NCBI RefSeq assembly: GCF_006345805.1
Contig: NC_043021.1
Span: forward strand, 3,286,001 to 3,350,000
Length of the DNA: 64,000 nt
Direction: 5' to 3'
Source of the DNA: Octopus sinensis
Taxonomy: Eukaryota
Shown: piece after piece, positions 38,541 through 51,697 of the stretch
Numbering within the stretch: position 1 is the stretch's first letter
Layout of the letters: each line of letters starts with the position of its first letter
Position numbers and translations under genes: made by a program
The notes under the pieces: generated by a model
The model's input: the letters and a program-made list of their open reading frames with translations, nothing else
Databases searched by the model: none
Told to the model about the DNA's origin: nothing

Positions 38541-40853
38541 TGTTGTTTTGTATGTGTGAGTGTGTATATGAGTGTGTGTATGTGTGTATGTGTGTATATA
38601 TGCTTGTATATTGTTTTCGTCTTTTGGAAAATCTATTTATATAAAAGAGAGTTTCTGCCCGTTTGTTTGACCCACAAAACATAATTGACACACCATCTTA
38701 TTTATAAGCATGGGCGTTTTGTCCACTTTCACACTTTAACTTTGGTGATGGTGTGACCACACCACACACACACACACACACACACACACCACACACACAC
38801 ACACACACGTATATTCATTCATGTTTCAGACAGACCTATTTTTCTAACTTTTCCGTTCAGATATAATTATACAAATTTCTTTCACATAAGCAGAGACAAT
38901 CTGACAGTGAAGCCATACGCCCACAGACACAAATTCACGGCGAAACGAAAATTATGGACACAACATTCTAAAATTCGGTGAGGTCATTCTCGCACAGTTT
39001 GCAATGTGACTACTTAGGGAAATCTTCCTTGTGCTCTCGTCTCGGATCTGTTGGCGGTGTATAGTCATTCTTTTTCGTAATAGAACGCCCGTCTGTCCTA
39101 TGTAGTTTTGTTAGCATCCACCGCATGCTATTGCGTAAATTAGGTTTTCGGTGTTACAGGTGAAGATTCCTTTTATTTTAAAGGTGTGTCCATCTTTAAA
39201 TTTGAATGCCCCATAGTATATGTTCCCACTCTTGGTGTTCTGAGTTCAAATCCCATCAACGTCAACTTTGTCTTTCATCCTTTCGGAATCGATAGTCCAG
39301 TTCCCATCGAGGATGGTGAATTAACGAAAGGGTAGTAACATTGGAGCTGATATTTTGCGGTATTTGTTCCGGCTCTTTGAGTTCGTTTCTACTGGTGCTC
39401 AAATCCTGTCCGTGACCTACTTGGGTAACAGAATTAATTTTTCATTACGTTTAATGCCGCTAGCTGACGCCCGTGGAGGCTTTACCGGAGCCTATTCGCT
39501 CACTCTCTCACAAGTGTTCTGGATCGGGTCTCTCTAGTTTGAAGAACCCTCCTTCCCTCTCACTCACTCCTTCTCTCCCTCCCTCTCCCCTTCCTCCCAC
39601 TTGTCATGGAGACCATATGAAAGATCATGAGCACTGGCTCCTCTTCAGATTAAAAGAGAAAGAGAAAGCTGCTTAATGCCTTACGGTCGCCTTTTACTCA
39701 CATACAATAAAAGAAAAAAAAATACAGAAAAAATAGAAAGAGTGTGATGAAAAGGAGTTGTGAGATTTTGAAATTTTAGTTGGGAAGATGTCAGAAATTT
39801 AAGATCTCCTCATGGTTCGGGTACCGAAAATTTATTTCGCTGAAGCCCGCGTCTTATTTGTTCAAGCACCTTATTTATGAATCACATGAGAATTTTCTAG
39901 AAACGTAGCTGCAACATGTGATGTTCGTTACCTGTAACAAGTCACGTAATTGTACATTTTATGTGTATGTATTGTGTATGAGTTTATTCGAATGCATTAA
40001 GAACGGCAATGACGAATATCTATTGTTAATAGGTGTGTTATGCTTGAATGCTATTTCATTACCTTTAAGGTGTGTCCAACTAACATTATGATGCGCTTAC
40101 TCATAATTCTAAAAGAAGCCACGCACAAAAGAAACCTGTTACTGTTTTCAAATTGTATATCGTATTACGCATTTTAGGTTCATTGATTTTACAGGTCAAG
40201 GCATTTTAGTTTTTTTCGTAGGATGGAAAATTACGTTTTCTATTATAAGATTCACCTGTATGTTATTGCATTGAAAGTATTCAAAAGCTGAAGTTTGTAT
40301 TGCGCTTTCTTTCTATCCTCCCACAGTGCAATTCGTCGCAGGTTTCTTTTTCTTTTGCATTGAAAATATGCAGCATAGTTTACAAGTCATACCTATCTGT
40401 GCTATTTCTGCGCCTTATACGTGTAAGTGGCGAGATTTGGGTTGCATAATATATATCTGTACCTTTTAAAAACTTTCCCAAAATTACTGACCTTATTATA
40501 CCTAAATCAGAAACAATTACTGCTGCTCTTGTGATTATTATTGTTGCCCGAGCTGGACGACTGCCTTCAATTTATTTATTTTTCTGAATATTTTTCTATA
40601 CCTTTTGTTGTATCCTTATTTCTGTTTCCTTTTTGATCGATGTAAACCCAACATTTGTGTGTGTTGACTTTCGTTTTTTGATGCCCTAAACGTTTTGGCC
40701 CATATGGCCATTAAAGAAATAATAATAATAATAACAACTTACAATCTAGGTATATTGCAAAAATTGGCATTACCTGAACTGCATGCATATTGCGTAAAGA
40801 ACTATCTGTCTGAGGATATATATATATATAATATATATATATAATATATATTC

Positions 40854-40885
<32 letters not shown>

Positions 40886-40929
40886 ATTCTTGTATATTTC
40901 TTGTGTATGTGTATTTTGTTTCATATTTA

Positions 40930-41420
40930 TATTTGCATTTTATATTTTCATATTGTACTTTATAATCTCTGACGAGGTCTTGAGATATATATATAAGTAA
41001 CACATTTTTAACTGCATATTACCTCAATAATCTGACTAATATAGGCACAATGAGATACCTTTATCTACAGGCTGAAACAGCTGTAAGATCCATTTTATAT
41101 GTAATATTTTTATGGTATTATTACTCATTGATGTATATTGTTTATTTTGTTGGATTGGTGATGTTCCTATTTAATTAGTTAATAATTATATGAATTGGTA
41201 ATATCTGTAAGTCGATGATTGAAAGGAATCTGTTCTTCCATTTTCTTATTTGTATTATGAATTTGAGGTAAAACATTTTACCTTCGCCCATATAATACAA
41301 TAAATGAACTAACTGCATTGCAATTGTAGGCATTTATGTATTAGCCTTTTGGGTACTTCACTGGCAGTATATTGGATAACTGATATCCCATAGTGGGTTA
41401 CACTCATAACCCCTATCTCA
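40930..41420. mobile_element. Penelope-like terminal region carrying a hammerhead motif
   Basis: 41270-41420 is the reverse complement of 50990-51150; 41035-41090 matches 12020-12075. Confidence 0.6.
40965..41089 (+). ncRNA. Type I hammerhead ribozyme motif with 90-nt loop II
   Basis: ATCT-CTGACGA-GGTC...GGCT-GAAA-CAGCTG-TA-AGAT: complete canonical core, helix I ATCT/AGAT, palindromic ACAGCTGT. Confidence 0.6.
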
Positions 41421-41427
41421 CTTTGTA

Positions 41428-41484
<57 letters not shown>

Positions 41485-41940
41485 CTCTGTGTGTGTGTGT
41501 GTGTGTCTGTATGTATGTATGTATGTATGTATGTATGTATGTATGTATGTATGTATGTATGTATGTATGTATGTATGTATGTATTATGTATGTATGTATA
41601 TACACACAAACACGCACACACACATTGGTTTTCGAGTTTGATGCAGTCCTGTGAAAGTTGACAGGGATGGGGGAAGCAATCGCGTGAAAATAGTGTCAAA
41701 TAGGTCGAGGCTAAGTAGAAATGGGATGGGCACGCTAGTATGGATAAATATGTCCGTGCATGTTTGTTTACATCGCCTCTCACCTCTTCTGTTTCCTCCA
41801 CAATCTCAAGCACCACACTCCACATTCAACGATAGGATCGGTTTCTGCTTAACCCTTGTCAACTGCGCAATATTCTCTTTGTGTACAATGTGACTTCGAA
41901 TATAAGGCGATCCTAACATTCTATACCTAAAATGCAGTAA

Positions 41941-42334
41941 TCTTTATATATAAAAGTGAGGTTGTGTGTCTGTCTGTCTCCTACGATTTAGATTCCTAAC
42001 TACTCCCACATTTTGCGGTGCAGTTTAACCAAAACCGGATATCTTATAGTCGTGATTCATATCGAGCCCTTCTGGGTATTAGCGCGCGTCTACGATGAGT
42101 CTACGATTTAAAAAAAAATTTACCATCAATTTTTCCCATTTTTAATGCATTTTTGGCATATATAAGGGAAGTAACTCTCTAAAAATTTATTAAATCTCAG
42201 AACGTAAAAAGCTACAGTAAAACCCCCCCTTTGTGGTTAGCCATATTGAGATGGCTATTATACTTTACATCTCTAAAAATGCTTATATAGTTATTTCCCT
42301 TACAAACCCGAGCAACGCCGGGTGATACTGCTAG
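41941..42334 (+). mobile_element. Non-autonomous Helitron
   Basis: 5' TC, 3' CCCG-AGCAACGC-CGGG hairpin then CTAG; inserted between A (41940) and T (42335). Confidence 0.9.
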
Positions 42335-42467
42335 TAAATTTATAATTCATTCGCAAGGATTTCATAATCGTAAATAAGACCATCCTGTTTATGGCGGTCA
42401 CCTGTTCTTTGCTTTTCGCCCCCTCTTTTTGTTTCCTTTTTTTTCCTATTGCTTTCTTATCTTTTAT

Positions 42468-42695
42468 CTTTTACTTCTTTCAGCCATTAGACTGCTGCCA
42501 TGCTGGAGCACCGCCTTGGAGAATTTTTGACCTCACAACTTATCTATTATTTTAAAGTCTGGTACTTATTCTATCCGTATCTTTTGCCGAACAACGAAGT
42601 TACGGAGACGTAAACAAACAAGCACCGGTTGTCATGCGATGGTGAGGAACAAACACATACTCAAAGGTGCGCGCACGCACACACACACACACACA
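42468..42695 (-). mobile_element. SINE family A 3' half running into the giant (ACAT)n array
   Basis: Reverse-complement tail, then CA, then ACAT repeats. Confidence 0.8.
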
Positions 42696-42699
42696 CACA

Positions 42700-42767
42700 C
42701 ACAAACATACATGCATGCATTCATGCATGCATGCATACATACATACATACATACATACATACATACA

Positions 42768-42803
<36 letters not shown>

Positions 42804-42829
42804 TATATACATACATACATACATACAAC

Positions 42830-42863
<34 letters not shown>

Positions 42864-43252
42864 TAATACATACATACATACATACATATATAATATATAA
42901 TACATACATACATACATACATACATACATACATACTACATACATACATACCTATATATAATAATACATACATACATACATACATACATACATACATACAT
43001 ACATACTATATATAATATACATACATACATACATACATACATACATACATACATACATACATACATACATACATTATATATATATACATACATACATACA
43101 TACATACATACTACATACATACATACATACATATATATATATATACATACATACATACAATATATATATATATCATACATACATACATACATACATACAT
43201 ACATACATAACATAATACATACATACATATATATAATACATACATACATACA

Positions 43253-43288
<36 letters not shown>

Positions 43289-43324
43289 TATATACCTACA
43301 TACATACATACATACATACATACA

Positions 43325-43360
<36 letters not shown>

Positions 43361-43522
43361 TATATAATACATACATACATACATACATACATCTATATAT
43401 ATATACATACATCATACATACATACTACATAATATAGATATACATACATACATACTACATACATACATACATAACTACATACATACATACATACATATAT
43501 ACATACATACATACATAATACA

Positions 43523-43558
<36 letters not shown>

Positions 43559-43629
43559 TATATACATACATACATACATACATACATACATACATACATA
43601 CTACATACTACATATTACATATATATATA

Positions 43630-43660
<31 letters not shown>

Positions 43661-43674
43661 TATATATACATACA

Positions 43675-43715
<41 letters not shown>

Positions 43716-43775
43716 TATACATACATACACACATACATACATACATACATACATACATACATACACATACATACA

Positions 43776-43809
<34 letters not shown>

Positions 43810-43823
43810 CATATATATATATA

Positions 43824-43859
<36 letters not shown>

Positions 43860-43877
43860 TATACATACATACATACA

Positions 43878-43913
<36 letters not shown>

Positions 43914-43990
43914 TATATACATACATACATACATACATACATAGATACATACATACTACCTACATAATACATACAACATAACATACATAC

Positions 43991-44024
<34 letters not shown>

Positions 44025-44234
44025 GATATACATACATACATACATACATACATACATACATACTACATACATACATACATACATATATATATATACATAC
44101 ATACATACATACATACATACATACATAATACATACATACATACATATATATATATATACATACATACATACATACATACATACATACATACATACATACA
44201 TACTATATCATACATACATACATACATAATACAT

Positions 44235-44267
<33 letters not shown>

Positions 44268-44302
44268 TACATACATACATACATACATACATACATCCAT
44301 AC

Positions 44303-44333
<31 letters not shown>

Positions 44334-44379
44334 CATACATACATACATACATACATACATACATACATACATACATACA

Positions 44380-44415
<36 letters not shown>

Positions 44416-44533
44416 TATACCTACATACATACATACATACATACAACATACATACATACATACATACATACATACATACATACATACATACATAATATAT
44501 ATACATACATACATACATACATACATACATACA

Positions 44534-44567
<34 letters not shown>

Positions 44568-44793
44568 CATATATATATATATACATACATACAATACATA
44601 CATACATATATATATATATACATACATACATACATACATACATACATACATACAACATATATATATATATACATACATACACACATCATACATACATACA
44701 TACATACATAATACATATATATATATATATATATACATACATACATACATACATACAGATACTATATAATACTATACATACATACATACTACA

Positions 44794-44827
<34 letters not shown>

Positions 44828-44899
44828 CATACATACATACATACATACATACATACATACATACATAATACTATATACATACATACACACATACATACA

Positions 44900-44933
<34 letters not shown>

Positions 44934-44996
44934 ATATAATACATACATACATACATACATACATACATACATACATACTATATATATATACATACA

Positions 44997-45031
<35 letters not shown>

Positions 45032-45061
45032 TAGATATACATACATACATACATACATACA

Positions 45062-45099
<38 letters not shown>

Positions 45100-45117
45100 A
45101 TATACAACATACATACA

Positions 45118-45149
<32 letters not shown>

Positions 45150-45163
45150 CATACCTACATACA

Positions 45164-45194
<31 letters not shown>

Positions 45195-45310
45195 CATACA
45201 TACATACATACATACATACATACATACTATATATATATACATACATACATACATACATACATACATACATACATACATACTACATATATATATATATCAT
45301 ACAACATACA

Positions 45311-45344
<34 letters not shown>

Positions 45345-46050
45345 CATACATACATACATATATATATATACATACATACATAATACATACATACATACAT
45401 ACATACATCATACATACATACATACATACATACATAATACATACATACATATACATACATACATACTACATACACATACATACATAATACTACATACATA
45501 CATAATACATACATACATACATACATCATACATACATACATACATACATAATAATACATACATACATAATACACATACATTACATACATACATACATACA
45601 TACATATACATACATACATAATACATACATACATACATCATACATCAACATACATACATACATACATACATCATACATACATACATACATACATACATAC
45701 ATTCATACATACAATACATACATACATAATACATACATACATACATACATACATACATACATACATCATACATACATACATACATACATACGTACATACA
45801 ATCATACATACATACATACATACATAATACATACATACATACATACATACATACATACATACATCATACATACATACATACATACATACGTACATACAAT
45901 CATACATACATACATACATACATACATAATACATACATACATTCATACATACATACATACATACATAATACATACATACATACATACATACATCATACAT
46001 ACATAATACATACATACATACATACATACATAATACATACATACATACAT

Positions 46051-46100
<50 letters not shown>

Positions 46101-46190
46101 ACATACACACATACACACATACACACATACACACATACATACATACATACATACATACATACATACAAACAAACAAACAAACAAACAAAC
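42700..46190. repeat. ~3.5-kb interrupted (ACAT)n microsatellite
   Basis: Direct reading; source of all the MYVC ORFs. Confidence 0.98.
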
Positions 46191-46570
46191 AAAGGATTCT
46201 AGAGAGAATCAGGTACTTAAATGGTGTGCACCAGGTTGGGTTGATTTACTGGATACTGAAGCAATCCAGTGAGATATTTTGGCCCTGCATACAGAGAAAA
46301 TCCACTGCTGTGAGTATTTAGCTCCTTGGGATTGGTCGAAATCTCGCGTCGTTTGGTATACTCTAGGAAGTTAGACGGGTAAGAAAACAGAACCATCAAA
46401 AGGGTGGAAGTGTATTAGGAATTTAGTTAGTGGGTAGGAAGAGACAAGATTTAGGGCCACATGCCTGTGGTTCGTTATCAACGACTAAAGATGAAGTGTA
46501 GAGAATAATATGTATTTTTTTATGTGTTTTTCTGATATTCGTTTTATCACCCTGGGCTTAGAGACAGGAA

Positions 46571-46852
46571 TTTTGTTCCTTCTCGAGCCATGCCTGGCTC
46601 ATAAGGGCCGGTTTCTCGGTTTCCTTAGCGTATAGGTTCCCCACCTGGACGGGACGCCGGTCCGTCGCAGGAGGAAAGAGTGAGAGAAAGTAGTGGCGAA
46701 AGAGTCAGCAGAAGTCCGCCATTATCTTCTGCCAGAGCCGCATGGAGCTTAGGTGTTTCGCTCATAAACACACACATCGCCCTGTCTGAGATTCGAACCC
46801 GCGATCCCTCGACCGCGAGTCCGCTGCTCTAAGCACTAGGCCATGTGCCTCC
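46571..46852 (-). mobile_element. tRNA(Arg)-like SINE family D
   Basis: Minus-strand head GGAGGCACATGGCCTAGTGCTTAGAGCAGCGGACTCGCGGTCGAGGGATCGCGGGTTCGAATC; imperfect TSD AGAGACA(G/T)GAAT. Confidence 0.88.
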
Positions 46853-47240
46853 ACAGAGACATGAATAGCAAGAAGCGAAGTCGAGACGAAAGAAAATAGA
46901 GGCAATTAAGTTCAGATATAAGGGCAGCATACCTTGTTAAAGATTATGGTTCGAAGAGAGGCGGGCAGAAATACCGTTCAGAATTTAGGAGAAGGCAAAT
47001 GGTGGTGGTTATGGAGGGGAGAGTTTGATTTGAACTTGGCTGACTAGATCTAATAATTTTAGAATAGTAACATCTTGTGCGAATGTTTTTTCCTGGTAAA
47101 TAAATGTAAGGTAGGAGGTTAAATATAAATACTAAAATATAAATACATTATAGGTGATATACAAATACGATTGTGAGAGGAAAAAGTACTTGCAGTTATA
47201 AGACCAATTCTATTTCAGGTACATACTTACTTTTTCTTTG

Positions 47241-47265
<25 letters not shown>

Positions 47266-47272
<7 letters not shown>

Positions 47273-47409
47273 ATATTGTATAGAGGGCATTATTACACAT
47301 AAATGCCTCACACTAAGAGGGACAAAGTCATTACTACAAAGTAATGACTTTGTCCCTCTTAGTGTGAGGCATTTATGTGTAATAATGCCCTCTATACAAT
47401 ATAGATATA
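47266..47409. repeat. Perfect inverted repeat, 70-bp arms, 4-nt loop
   Basis: 47266-47335 is the exact reverse complement of 47340-47409; loop ACAA. Confidence 0.97.
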
Positions 47410-47574
47410 ATTAATTTGTTCAAAAGAAAAGAATTATTTTCGAATTCTTTTCTTTTATGAGGTTTTCACGCTAACTACCCGATAATTTCTTGTTAAGATC
47501 CCTTATTAAGAGATTATCCTTAATTGTTAAACTATATATATATATATATATATACATATACATGTACATATATA

Positions 47575-47733
47575 CACGACGGGCTTTATTCCGTTTCCGT
47601 CTATAAAATTTACTCACAAGGTTTTGGTCAACCCAGAACTATTGTAGAAGACATTTACCCAAGGTGCCATGCAGTGGGACTGAACTTGGAACCGTGTGGT
47701 TGGGAAGCAAATTTCTTGTCACACAGCCACGCT
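47575..47733 (-). mobile_element. SINE family A 5' half
   Basis: CCCAAGGTGCCATGCAGTGGGACTGAAC...CACACAGCCACG. Confidence 0.8.
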
Positions 47734-48123
47734 TGCGTCTTACGATTGTTTATTTTTTTTCTTTCTGACGATACTTTTTTAGTCTGTCATGACATTCCAG
47801 CTTTACACGGACACTTAAATTCATTAAGCAAATTGTCCTCATTTTTTTTTTAATATTCAAATATAACAGAGTGACGAGCGAAAAATTAACCCAGGTTCTG
47901 TAAATTGGTTTAATTACAGGAATAAATTTACGCACACGAAAAAACATCCAGTCTTTCGTTTTCATGTGACATTGTCTTATCTCGATAGAAAAAGTAGCCT
48001 GGGTTTTGTAGCATGGAGTAAAGACAGAAATCAATTTGCTCACCCCAAAAAGCACCCACCTATGTTCTTATTGTTATCAAATTTCTTGTACACTGAAGTA
48101 TAGACGGTATTTGGGCTTTCCTA

Positions 48124-48355
48124 AGGCGGCGAACTGGCAGAGTCGTTAGCACGCCGGGCGAAATGCTTAGCGGCATTTCGTCTGCCGTTACGTTCTGAGT
48201 TCAAATTCCGCCGAGGTCCACTTTGCCTTTCATCCTTTCGGGGTCGATGAATTAAGTACCAGTTACGCACTGCGGTCGATATAATCGACTTAATCCGTTT
48301 TGTCTGACCTTGTTTGTCCCCTCTGTGTATAGGCCCTGTGGGCAGTAAAGAAATA
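48124..48355 (+). mobile_element. SINE family B with ~16-bp TSD
   Basis: GGTA(T/C)TTGGGCTTTCC on both sides. Confidence 0.92.
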
Positions 48356-49802
48356 GGTACTTGGGCTTTCCCATTCTCGAGTTTCATAAACTATAGACAG
48401 TTACGTTTTTGTGTTCGTTTTGAAAGATTTTTTTTTAAATATGAAATCGTGCATTGAAACAGTTGTTGTGTGCTTTTGGATATCATTTTGAAATAAAAAT
48501 ACGTTTGTTTGTATTTCATTCTTTTATTTTATTATCTGTCACTTAGTTACTTAATAAACTAGTTGACTAAATTTTTGAGCACTCGTTTGATGACTCATCT
48601 AGTTGGTTGGTGGATTTCTTTCGTCAGTACCTACGAACTTATCTGCTCTTCTATGACAAACTAATTTCTGTATGTTTTTTTTCCAGCTTTTATAGATCAT
48701 AGCAGGCATGGACAACCTTGTTTTCAACTATCGAGCTGCATGAGTCATGCATGACTTATTGCCAGCCCCCTCCCTTACCACCCCACAAAACAAAATTGAA
48801 GAAAATGTTTTCGTTCTGTGTGCTATTCAAAAAGTCACCCACGCGGTTTGCCCGAGACTTGTTTAAACTGCTTCGTTTATACATAAAGAAGAGAGTGAAC
48901 GTGTGGGAATGAGTGTTAATTGTGTATGCTTTTCTATTGCTCAGCCAGTGTCAATCGGTAACTTTAAATGTTCGACGTTTTGCTCTATTGCTTCTATAGA
49001 AAAGTTTTAAGAGTGTTATTTTCAATATGAATACAAGCATACAAGCAACTAGGTCTCAGACAGGCAAACAATTACCAAGCTTGTCACATGACTATACATA
49101 TATAAATCAACAAAACAAAAAATGGAACACGAACGTAACAGTCGACAACAAAACATTCAGACAGGAACAAACGAGGACGGGTCGTTCGGAGCTTTCAATC
49201 TTCAGTCGAGTTCCAGATCGTCTTTCCAGTTTCAGCCGGTTACTCTCGAGACTGCTCTAATCTGGCCGGCATCAAGAAAATCTAAGCTAAGAGCACTAGA
49301 TTCTTTGAAAGAAAGCAAGCGAATGTATAGGAAAATAAGGACGAAAAAAATACGGAGAAATGGTACACAATTACAAATACAAACAGCAGGTGTCTTTCGA
49401 CTAAGGAGAAATTAAATTAAGCTGGCGTGTGTGGAGATGAAACCTTACGGCAGGAACATAGAAGATGAAAGTAATGGGAAGGAATATAAGAGATGCTACG
49501 CGGATGATAGTCAAACCAAGAAAGAAAGGATATGCTTGGCCGAACACCGCTCACGTAGAAAGAGAGGAGAAAGGTAGGGGAAGAGGGCTTGAAGAATTAA
49601 GGAGGGATGACAAAGAGAGAAAGAAAGAAAGGGACAGAGTGAGGTAAAGGAAGAAGGAAAGTAATGAGGATGAAGGGAAGGCCAAGAAGTGTGAGAGAGG
49701 GTGGGAGCGAGAAAAAGGGAAAGCAACGAAGAGTGTGAATGGGGCTAAAAGAAAGAGTAAAAGAGTCGTACAGACTTTATATATATATATAAATTCAGTG
49801 TG

Positions 49803-49842
<40 letters not shown>

Positions 49843-49869
49843 ACACACACACACACACACATATATATA

Positions 49870-50088
49870 CTCTTTACTCTCTTTTACTCTTTTACTTGTT
49901 TCAGTCATTTGACTGCGGCCATGCTGGAGCACCGCCTTTAGTCGAGCAATTCGAACCCGGGATTTATTCTTTTGTAAGCCCAGTACTTATTCTATCGGTC
50001 TCTTTTGCCGAACCGCTAAGTAACGGGGACGTAAACACACCAGCATCGGTTGTCGAGCGATGTTGGAGGGACAAACAAACACACACAA

Positions 50089-50148
<60 letters not shown>

Positions 50149-50299
50149 GACAGGCTTCTTTCAGTTTCCGTCTACCAAATCCACTCACAAGGCATTGGTC
50201 GGCCCGGGGCTATAGTAGAAGACACTTGCCCAAGATGCCACGCAGTGGGACTGAACCCGCAACCATGTGGTTGGTTAGCAAGCTACTTACCACACAGCC
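49870..50299 (-). mobile_element. SINE family A
   Basis: Full-length reverse complement. Confidence 0.93.
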
Positions 50300-50447
50300 A
50301 TATATATATATATAAAGGAACGAAGAGAGTGTGAAAGGGTATAAAAGAAAGAGTAAAAGAGTCGTACTGAATTCATACATACATACAAGAGACCAAAAGT
50401 GTATGGTATGTAAGCCACTATATGTATATATATACATATAACAGTCG

Positions 50448-50550
50448 GTCAGCAGCGACGCTTGCTGGGTTCGGCTACTCCACATTGATAAGAGGCAAAC
50501 ACCTCGAAACTAGTCTGTGGATACCAAACCAGCAAGGGGAAGCTGCTGAC
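50448..50550 (+). ncRNA. Type I hammerhead ribozyme, U3-A8 variant, extended helix I
   Basis: TCCACA-TTGATAA-GAGG-CAAACA-CCTC-GAAA-CTAG-TC-TGTGGA; outer pairings CTTGCTGG/CCAGCAAG and GTCAGCAGC/GCTGCTGAC. Confidence 0.75.
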
Positions 50551-50909
50551 CTCTCCTGTTCGAAGTTTATAATGCGCACAGGTTTGTGTGTCACATAGCT
50601 AGCTAGAGGCGATGGCATCTTTGAGCAAATCAACGGCAGCATTCGTCCTATTTTTCTGGACTGCCATGTTAGCTTGGCGATAACTATTAATATCCAGTAC
50701 CGCTGCCGTAGTCCCCTTTACAGAGAATTAGAAATAATGATATTTCTATATTGAAATAATAAATGCCCAAAATGATTCAGTGTTTCAATTGAAGAACATA
50801 TACAAATGTATTAGACAGTTTTTGTTTAGGATACGGTATCCGATATTGCTGTGGTTGAAACACCAAAACAAACATCACCTTCCTTTGAGTCATCACTCAC
50901 TCTCTCTCT

Positions 50910-50948
<39 letters not shown>

Positions 50949-50952
50949 TATA

Positions 50953-50987
<35 letters not shown>

Positions 50988-50989
50988 AT

Positions 50990-51373
50990 ACAAATTGAGA
51001 GATAGGGGTTGTAAATGCAACCCTCTATGGGATAACGTATATCCAATATACTGCTAGTGAAGTACCCAACAAAGTTAATACATATATGTTAATGATTGCG
51101 ATGCAATCAATTCATTTACTGTATTATATGGGTAAAGGTAAAATGATTTACCTCAAATTACTAATACAAGATAAGAAAATGGAGAAATACATCTAAATCA
51201 AATATCAATTACCAGATAGTACTCAATCACATACTTTATTAAACCACCACATAAGAAACTGTAGGGTTGAATATAAAAAGCAGAACAAATCAGTGTACAT
51301 AAAGGAATGTACATAAAAACGTGATTGAGTACTATCTGGTAATTGATATTGATTTAGATGTATTTCTACCTTG

Positions 51374-51439
<66 letters not shown>

Positions 51440-51680
51440 CGTTATCTCCCCTACTTTCCTTCTCCTGTCTGACCTTTCTGTCGGGCACTAGTCGCCATGA
51501 TAGATCGTTAGCCACTACACACATTTTTTTTCTCTCCTTGTTTTTTCTGTTCCTTTCTGTAGAAGAGCTTAGGCTCGAAACGTAAAAGACTTTTTCTATT
51601 CCTGAGCGTTATACTAATGCATCTGTTTGTTTTGTACACCACCTATCTTCGTCTTTTGTTTTTTTCGTAAACTTTCCCTA
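50990..51680. mobile_element. Cluster of Penelope-like terminal fragments
   Basis: Matches to 11835-11990 and 9550-9720; inverted piece at 51322-51372; GAAGAGC-TTAG-GCTCGAAACG motif at 51562. Confidence 0.55.
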
Positions 51681-51697
51681 TATATATATATATATAG

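Noticed and set aside
42600-46192. Dozens of long MYVC/HTYI ORFs
   Set aside because: Translations of (ACAT)n, which has no stop in several frames; not genes.
46780-46852. Possible tRNA-Arg gene
   Set aside because: Cloverleaf is imperfect and it is followed by SINE body and TSD; it is a SINE head.
51553-51588. Hammerhead-like CTTT-CTGTAGAA-GAGC-TTAG-GCTC-GAAA-CG-TA-AAAG
   Set aside because: Helices fit, but the core has A6 changed and one extra base; at best a decayed copy.
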